Below, in pieces: positions 58,061 to 64,000 of a stretch of DNA of 64,000 nucleotides. The position numbers were made by a program, and so were the translations under genes. Position 1 is the first letter of the stretch. Each line of letters starts with the position of its first letter. The notes beneath the pieces were generated by a model. It searched no databases. It was given only the letters and a program-made list of their open reading frames with translations, and had not been told where the DNA came from. The stretch spans positions 5,487-69,486 of the forward strand of contig JAFSYJ010000016.1 in NCBI GenBank assembly GCA_017450025.1, written 5' to 3'. The stretch is from Clostridia bacterium (GTDB taxonomy: Bacteria > Bacillota > Clostridia > UMGS1883 > UMGS1540).

Positions 58061-59644
58061 ATGAAATGCTTAATATGCGGCGGCGTTTTAAAATATGAAA
58101 ACGGTTTATACATATGCTTGAACTGTGGAGTGAAACAAAAGATTTCTTCTTTTTTTGAGGACACAGAGGTTTTTATATGTTATGAGGAAAGCGATGAGCA
58201 AGGCAGAAGAACGAAAGACAGTATTATAGCACAAGACATATATAATAAACTGCAAAACGCCAACATAAGTTCTTTTTTTCAGAGAATATCTGCCGCCGAT
58301 TTGGTTGGTGAAAATATGGAACTTGCAGTTCAAACCGCAATTACATGCGCTAAAGCAATTATTTTATGTGCAAGCTCAAAAGAGAATTTCTCAAAACTAC
58401 TTTATAAATACAAAAATGAATTTACAAATAAAAAAGTAATTCCTGTTTATACTCTTTTAAACGCATCGGATATTCCGAAAGAAATAAGCAGATTTCAAGC
58501 TGTAAACTATGATAATGTGGGTTCATCAACGGATTTAATAAAGAGCCTTCTTGTTTTTTTAAATAAAAACAGCGAAATAGATGTTAATAGTTTTAAAGAC
58601 AAGCTAATAAAAAAAAGAAAGCGTTTACTAATTTCATTTTTTGCCTTGTTTATTGCTATTGCTGCTTTAATATCATATATAGTATTTGGCACACCGTATA
58701 TATTAAAAGCCAAAAAATACAGTTATGCCGAAAAACTATTTGATAACGCCAATTATACAGAAGCTGTCGATATTCTTACACAACTTTCCGATTATAAGAA
58801 TTCACGAAATATGCTAAAAAGCATTTATGATCTATACGAAGGGTATTATTATGATGAATCATCTGATTCGACACTTCATTTAGTTATTGAGAATGATTCC
58901 CGTGCAAATATAGAATTTGAAAGAAAATATCCCGATAATACCGTAATGAAGTTTTCTGAAAAAGGAGAGATACACGGAAAACAAATGTCATTTAACTTTA
59001 CCGACAACTTTGGGCAAGACGGAGTAGCCGACATTCAAATAGAAAACACCTCATTAAAATTAAAAATAAAATCAAAAGAAAGCTTGGAGTTGGCTTTTGA
59101 TTTAAATTCAAAATCAGACGCTCCGTTGAAGGAAAAAATATCAAAGGACACTTTGCTTTCATGGCTAAAAACAAGAACAACAATCAGTGATATAAAGGCA
59201 CTCGGTTATGAAATAGAATATGTAACTTCATGGGGATCAGAAGAAGGAACTAACAGATTTTATAAGATATCTGATACGGATATCCGGTTTCTAACAAGCG
59301 CATACGATCCGACAAAGGAAGATTTATGGTCAGCTCCAATTCAAACAGATGTATATAATAATCCTTTTATTATGGCAATTGAAGCAAAAGCAGAACTGAT
59401 GTGCCCGGAAAGAATAGGTCAAAAAGATGACAGTTACATAGATGATGGTATTAAGTATTATCCAAACGGAGTGCCGTATAATGGCTCTGCTCAAACTGAA
59501 ATAAATCATGATACCCCTGTTTTGGTAGCATCTGATAAGCTGTTAAGCAGAAATGAACTTCTTTTACCGGAAAAATGGTATTATACAGATGATAATTCTG
59601 CGGAAACGGAAAATGATCAAAGCAGTTTCAGTTTATATGATTAG
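58061..59644 (+). CDS. Type-B zinc-ribbon / divergent TIR-like single-pass membrane protein with an unrelated ectodomain, copy B1
   Basis: Ribbon MKCLICGG...CLNCG. The TIR-like N-half EVFICYEESDEQGRRTKDSIIAQDIYNKL...FFQRISA is homologous to the type-A TIR. KKRKR precedes the TM segment LLISFFALFIAIAALISYIVFG. The juxtamembrane motif is LTQLSDYKNSR. Confidence 0.7.
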   Translation: MKCLICGGVLKYENGLYICLNCGVKQKISSFFEDTEVFICYEESDEQGRRTKDSIIAQDIYNKLQNANISSFFQRISAADLVGENMELAVQTAITCAKAIILCASSKENFSKLLYKYKNEFTNKKVIPVYTLLNASDIPKEISRFQAVNYDNVGSSTDLIKSLLVFLNKNSEIDVNSFKDKLIKKRKRLLISFFALFIAIAALISYIVFGTPYILKAKKYSYAEKLFDNANYTEAVDILTQLSDYKNSRNMLKSIYDLYEGYYYDESSDSTLHLVIENDSRANIEFERKYPDNTVMKFSEKGEIHGKQMSFNFTDNFGQDGVADIQIENTSLKLKIKSKESLELAFDLNSKSDAPLKEKISKDTLLSWLKTRTTISDIKALGYEIEYVTSWGSEEGTNRFYKISDTDIRFLTSAYDPTKEDLWSAPIQTDVYNNPFIMAIEAKAELMCPERIGQKDDSYIDDGIKYYPNGVPYNGSAQTEINHDTPVLVASDKLLSRNELLLPEKWYYTDDNSAETENDQSSFSLYD

Positions 59645-59656
59645 AGGTAAAAACAA

Positions 59657-61633
59657 ATGATATTCAAATGTAAAATATGCGGTGGCAGTTTAGATGTAAA
59701 TATAGGCGAAAGAACTGCCATTTGTGAATACTGCGGTGTGGAGCAGACAATTCCGAGCTTTATTGATATTAAAGCACAGGAAATTTATAATATTGCAAAT
59801 AATTATCTTGCTCATAATGAGTTCGATAAGGCGGAAAATCTGTATGCACAAATACTAATTGACAATAAATCCGATGCGGATGCGTATTGGAATATCCTTA
59901 TGTGCCGATATGGTGTTACATATGTAAAAGACCCTGCAACCGAGAAGTATATTCCCACTTGTAATAGGACACTCTATGCGCCTATCTTTAATGACGAGAA
60001 TTACAAAAATGCCATAAAATATGCTGATGAAAAACAAAGGGTATTATTTGAAGCAAACGCCAGAATCATTGACGATATTCAAAAAGGTATTCTTTCGGTA
60101 TCACGAAAAGAAAAGCCGTTTGATATATTTATCTCGTACAAAGAAACAGATGCAAACGGTGCAAGAACAAAGGATAGTATTACAGCGCAGGATTTATATG
60201 AAAAGCTGACAGCCGAAGGTTACAAAGTATTTTTCTCACGTATTACACTTGAAGATAAAATTGGAACAGAATATGAACCGTATATATATGCCGCTTTAGC
60301 TTCAAGCAAGGTAATGATTACCGTTTCATCTTCAAAAGAAAATCTTGAATCGGTTTGGGTAAAAAATGAGTGGTCAAGATTTTTATCATTCATGGGAAAA
60401 GACAGCGAGAAAACACTTGTTCCACTTTACATTGATATGGACAAATCTGACATGCCCGATGATTTTGTACATATGCCGTCATACGATATGAAAACTGACG
60501 GCTTTGAACAGGATTTAATCAGAGGTATCAAAAAATTGATACCTCTGCCTGTAATGCTTTTGGAAAGACGAAAAAAGCGCAATAAAATTTTAAAAAGAGT
60601 CGGCATAGCCGCTGCCGTTTGTGCTGTTATATGTGTTATATGCGCTATTCCTTGGTTTATGAAACTGCCCGACTATAACGCTGCAATGCAGCTTTACTAT
60701 GACAAAAACTACCCCGAAGCAACCTGGGCATTTGCTGATTTGGGGCAATACAGAAATTCGGATAAAATGAAGGAAAAGTGCGAGCTTAGTTGGAGAAAAA
60801 GCTTGGCAAGTATTGTCGCTGTACCGTATGAATTGTCTTATTCGGACAATATTTATTATATTACTGATTTGGGTTCGGTTAAACAATATAATAATAACGG
60901 AAAAATCGACAATTCTGTTAACGATCTCTCGATAAACGAGCACGGAAGAATAGCATCGCTGGCATGGGGGTATGAGCCACATGCGCTATATGAGGACGGA
61001 ACGGCAATGTTAGGACAAAGCGAAGAAGAATGGAAAGATATTGTTCAAATAGTTGGCCCTCAACCCATTGGATTGCGGTCAGACGGCAGAGTTATTTATT
61101 CAAAGACCAAGCTGTCCACTGCTACCCAGAATGAAGATTGGTTAAAGGATACAGAAAATTGGACTAACATAGTTTCATTGGAGTATTACGGTCAGCCCGG
61201 CGGCGCTCAATTCTTAATAGGAGTTACGAGCAACGGTACGGTTTGCAAAGTTCAAACAGAACACGCTGGGGAGTTATTTGTTGATGATTTTAAAAATGTT
61301 AAAACATGCTTAATGACTGATTTTAATATTTGCGCCATAACATATGACGATAAGATAATCTGTGAAAATAACGGTTCTAATATAGAATATAAAACTGATA
61401 AAATAAAGGCTGCAGAAATACACGGAGCATTTTATGACAAGTCAAAACACTATTTAGAATTGTTGAAAAACGGTGAATTGTATATAGACGACAAATATGT
61501 TTTAGGTGACATATGTTATTTAAAAAACGGCTATGCCTTATCAAAAACAGGAGTATTATACAGTTATGATTTATATACGAACACATTTACAGAGTTTAAG
61601 AAAAATGTTTTGGTAAATGACGAATGGAAATAG
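59657..61633 (+). CDS. Type-A zinc-ribbon / helical / TIR-domain single-pass membrane protein, copy A2 (ectodomain strongly diverged from A1)
   Basis: The first ~384 residues are collinear with A1, with about 29 substitutions and no indels by hand count. TIR motif ...VWVKNEWSRFL is intact. After SWRKSLA the sequence is only weakly alignable to A1 through WKDIVQI / WTNIVSLEY-type repeat motifs. Confidence 0.85.
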   Translation: MIFKCKICGGSLDVNIGERTAICEYCGVEQTIPSFIDIKAQEIYNIANNYLAHNEFDKAENLYAQILIDNKSDADAYWNILMCRYGVTYVKDPATEKYIPTCNRTLYAPIFNDENYKNAIKYADEKQRVLFEANARIIDDIQKGILSVSRKEKPFDIFISYKETDANGARTKDSITAQDLYEKLTAEGYKVFFSRITLEDKIGTEYEPYIYAALASSKVMITVSSSKENLESVWVKNEWSRFLSFMGKDSEKTLVPLYIDMDKSDMPDDFVHMPSYDMKTDGFEQDLIRGIKKLIPLPVMLLERRKKRNKILKRVGIAAAVCAVICVICAIPWFMKLPDYNAAMQLYYDKNYPEATWAFADLGQYRNSDKMKEKCELSWRKSLASIVAVPYELSYSDNIYYITDLGSVKQYNNNGKIDNSVNDLSINEHGRIASLAWGYEPHALYEDGTAMLGQSEEEWKDIVQIVGPQPIGLRSDGRVIYSKTKLSTATQNEDWLKDTENWTNIVSLEYYGQPGGAQFLIGVTSNGTVCKVQTEHAGELFVDDFKNVKTCLMTDFNICAITYDDKIICENNGSNIEYKTDKIKAAEIHGAFYDKSKHYLELLKNGELYIDDKYVLGDICYLKNGYALSKTGVLYSYDLYTNTFTEFKKNVLVNDEWK

Positions 61634-61648
61634 GAGGTGCAAATTACT

Positions 61649-63562
61649 ATGAATTGTAAAAATTGCGGAGGCAAGTTATCAGCCGGTGAAAACGGATTCC
61701 AATGCGAAAGCTGTCAAAGCAGATTTGAATTTGCCGATTTTTATGAAAATGAGGAGGTCTATATTTCGTATATTGAAACGGATGATTCCGGCCGCAGAAC
61801 AAAGGACAGTGTTATTGCTCAAGAAATATACCGCAAATTAGAAGGGACAAAAATAAACACCTTTTTTCAGCGTATTTCCGCCGGCAACGCCACGGACGAC
61901 CTTGTGCAAAGAATAAGTAGCATCGCAGAGGAAAAATCAAAAATTGTTTTAATTGTCGCTACATCGGCGGAAAATTTCATAAAGCTCTGGAATAAGCATC
62001 AAAGTTCGGCATCAACAAAAACAGTTCTTCCCGTATTCTCCGATATGTCGGCATCGGCATTGCCGCAAGAAATCAAGAACACGCAAGCGCTTAATTATGA
62101 TGCTATCGGTTCGGACAAGGACTTAATAAAAAACATACTTCAAATATTAGGCCGTGAAGGTGATAAAGACCTTTTTGAAAACCAAAAATCTTTAAACAAG
62201 CGAAAGAAGAAAACGGCAATTATGGTACTTCTGATTGCGTTGATTGGTATTTTAGCATTATCAATTACATGTAAACCGGGTGTTTTAAATAAATTTAAAA
62301 GCAATTCTAACGAAGTAATATATGAAAAAGCAGTCAAATTTGATGAAAGCAAAGACTATGTTCAGGCTATTAAATCATTTTGCAGTATCCCAGGATACAA
62401 AGATTCTGATACAATGCTTATGGATATTTATAAGTTATATAACGGAGTGTATACAGACGAAAACACTAACCTTACAGTAAGGCTTGATATAAGCAGTATT
62501 TATTCTGCAAACGTCAAAATAATAACGGACTTGAATAAAAGCTCTATGTCTGTATTAAACGAAAACGCCGGTATTAATGAAAACTTAATACACAGCAGTT
62601 ATACAGATACTAACGGCGTTTCAGGCAACTTTGAGATAGTTCTCGAAAACGATGGTATACAAGTTGTCCTGAATAATGTTGATGTTTTTATTCCTTTTGA
62701 GAATAAGACCGAAAAAGACTTGGATTTGGAAATAAACCATGAGCAAATACTCACGTGGTTGGATGGAAAAACTGCTGTAAATAAACTTGTTGCTTTAGGC
62801 TATGATATAGAAATTCAAGATCAGAACACATATTCAATAAAAAACACCGATATATCAATTGTTGGTAATTCAGAAGGAATAGAAAGCATTACCGGACCGG
62901 CAGATATTATATGTCCCGAATATGCCGGTCGCGAAGCCACACCATACTATACAGACGAATACTTGTACTACCCAAGCGAATCTTTATACTGGAATAAGCC
63001 CGACACAATCGGAACTATCGCAAGCGACTCTACCGTAACTGTAGCAAGCAAGCTTTCTTTGGGTGTAGACCGGTGGGATCAAGAAATAAATACAATCAAG
63101 GACTCTCTCCGCAAGGACGAGGATGATAACGGAAGTGATTCAGATTTTGTTTTCTTGCCAATTGGCGATTTGAAATTTAGGATGACCGCCCGGGAAGTTC
63201 AGCGCATTTTAGGCGACCCGGAGAAAAAATCGGAAGAACTTGGTCAGGGGGCAACCGGTACACCTTTGCAAAACTGGGAATATCCCTCATTAGGCATTTC
63301 ACTTTCATTCGTGCGCAATCAAAACGAACAAACAGTTTCAATTATCAGGATAACAGCGCCATGCAGTTTTACAACACCTCAGGGTATAAAAATCGGTAGC
63401 AGTCGCTCGGAAGTAATAAATGCATACAAAGGAAAAATAGAGTTTGAAGAAACGGCACAAAGTGCCGACACGATTATAGTTGGAAGTGTATACGGAGGGA
63501 CTATATTTACTATTGACGGCGATACCGTATCGCAAATATTTGTGGGTGCAGGTGCAGAGTAA
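61649..63562 (+). CDS. Type-B zinc-ribbon / divergent TIR-like single-pass membrane protein, copy B2 (longer ectodomain)
   Basis: Ribbon MNCKNCGG...CESC. TIR-like EVYISYIETDDSGRRTKDSVIAQEIYRKL...FFQRISA. KRKKK precedes the TM segment TAIMVLLIALIGILALSI. The motif is IPGYKDSD. The ATG at 61649 has AGGAGG 11 nt upstream; the track start at 61637 (GTG) lies inside that RBS. It carries about 110 extra C-terminal residues relative to B1. Confidence 0.7.
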   Translation: MNCKNCGGKLSAGENGFQCESCQSRFEFADFYENEEVYISYIETDDSGRRTKDSVIAQEIYRKLEGTKINTFFQRISAGNATDDLVQRISSIAEEKSKIVLIVATSAENFIKLWNKHQSSASTKTVLPVFSDMSASALPQEIKNTQALNYDAIGSDKDLIKNILQILGREGDKDLFENQKSLNKRKKKTAIMVLLIALIGILALSITCKPGVLNKFKSNSNEVIYEKAVKFDESKDYVQAIKSFCSIPGYKDSDTMLMDIYKLYNGVYTDENTNLTVRLDISSIYSANVKIITDLNKSSMSVLNENAGINENLIHSSYTDTNGVSGNFEIVLENDGIQVVLNNVDVFIPFENKTEKDLDLEINHEQILTWLDGKTAVNKLVALGYDIEIQDQNTYSIKNTDISIVGNSEGIESITGPADIICPEYAGREATPYYTDEYLYYPSESLYWNKPDTIGTIASDSTVTVASKLSLGVDRWDQEINTIKDSLRKDEDDNGSDSDFVFLPIGDLKFRMTAREVQRILGDPEKKSEELGQGATGTPLQNWEYPSLGISLSFVRNQNEQTVSIIRITAPCSFTTPQGIKIGSSRSEVINAYKGKIEFEETAQSADTIIVGSVYGGTIFTIDGDTVSQIFVGAGAE

Positions 63563-63763
63563 TACATTTTTTTAAGTACTGATTACTGTTCTTAAATCGC
63601 TGACAAACTCAGTCTGCTGCAAGTAAAAAAATGGCAAAAGGGGATAGACGCGATTTTTCAACTTTTATGTTGTTACGTCGAGCACTTGCTTGGTAAGGAA
63701 GGAAACACTTTAGGGACGGAGCGGATTTTGTTATAAAAAGTATTGTTTTTAACGTACAAAAAA

Positions 63764-63796
63764 CGTCCCGTCCAAAAATGGATTAGCTTAAGATAG
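63764..63796 (+). pseudogene. Remnant of the 3' end of a second DUF6273-type gene
   Basis: Reads ...RPVQKWISLR*, matching the C-terminus GVRPCVWISLR* of the 53739..55250 gene. The following spacer (AGCTTAAGATAGAA...GGAGGCACA) also matches the 55238-55265 junction. Confidence 0.45.
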
Positions 63797-63815
63797 AAAT
63801 AAGCGGAGGCACAAT

Positions 63816-63884
63816 ATGTTATTCAAATGCAAAATCTGCGGCGGCAGTTTAGACGTACTTATTGAAGAAAGAACAGCGGTATGA
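63816..63884 (+). pseudogene. Truncated 5' fragment of a third type-A zinc-ribbon/TIR gene
   Basis: GGAGG RBS, then MLFKCKICGGSLDVLIEERTAV followed by TGA. This is nearly identical to the A1/A2 N-termini but loses the second CxxC. A possible out-of-frame echo (EAVYTNLWQDYF versus AQEIYNIASNYL) follows. Confidence 0.6.
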
Positions 63885-64000
63885 GGCAGTATATACAAAT
63901 CTGTGGCAAGATTATTTCTAACCGTTGCTCATTGCCCCTGGGCTGGACAAGTTGCTACCGTTAATCAAATGATTGAATCGAATGTGAGGAATACACAATG

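Overview
This 64 kb window looks like the chromosome of a Gram-positive anaerobe. My low-confidence guess is Clostridia, Ruminococcus/Oscillospiraceae-like, based on gene content and protein styles.

Positions 1-46600 are mostly core genome at roughly 50% GC:
- a partial secreted protein with CBM-like modules
- CPBP protease, uppP, ftsK, ygiQ, folD, a U32 peptidase
- a maf-mreC-mreD-PBP2-minD-mgsA-like division/shape cluster
- mtaD and a HAD hydrolase
- a minus-strand operon of Na+/solute symporter, acyl-CoA ligase and iorAB
- a phosphodiester glycosidase and an M23 peptidase
- a Y-family polymerase with a YolD-like partner
- nitroreductase, GNAT and Fe-ADH
- an IS30 insertion
- a ~2080 aa beta-helix/GLUG/MBG surface protein co-transcribed with MscS and a Ser/Gly-repeat membrane protein
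- maa, galM, an esterase and a GT2 glycosyltransferase

From about 46630 to the window end the sequence becomes visibly AT-rich and looks like a mosaic mobile island. It carries:
- a truncated, frameshifted tyrosine integrase
- a probably truncated Cap4-like nuclease/P-loop gene
- a large serine recombinase
- a small unannotated ORF
- an XRE regulator and a Bro-N/DinD-like gene
- a hairpin-dense 690 bp gap

The main finding is an 11 kb, tightly packed, same-strand operon at 52350-63562. It encodes:
- an RHH regulator
- an SPFH-SHOCT protein
- a polytopic DUF6273 membrane protein
- a zinc-ribbon single-pass membrane protein
- four zinc-ribbon-TIR-TM-ectodomain proteins in an alternating A-B-A-B order

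A decayed third cassette follows the operon. I propose it as a candidate undescribed membrane-embedded TIR sensor/effector (defence-like) system.
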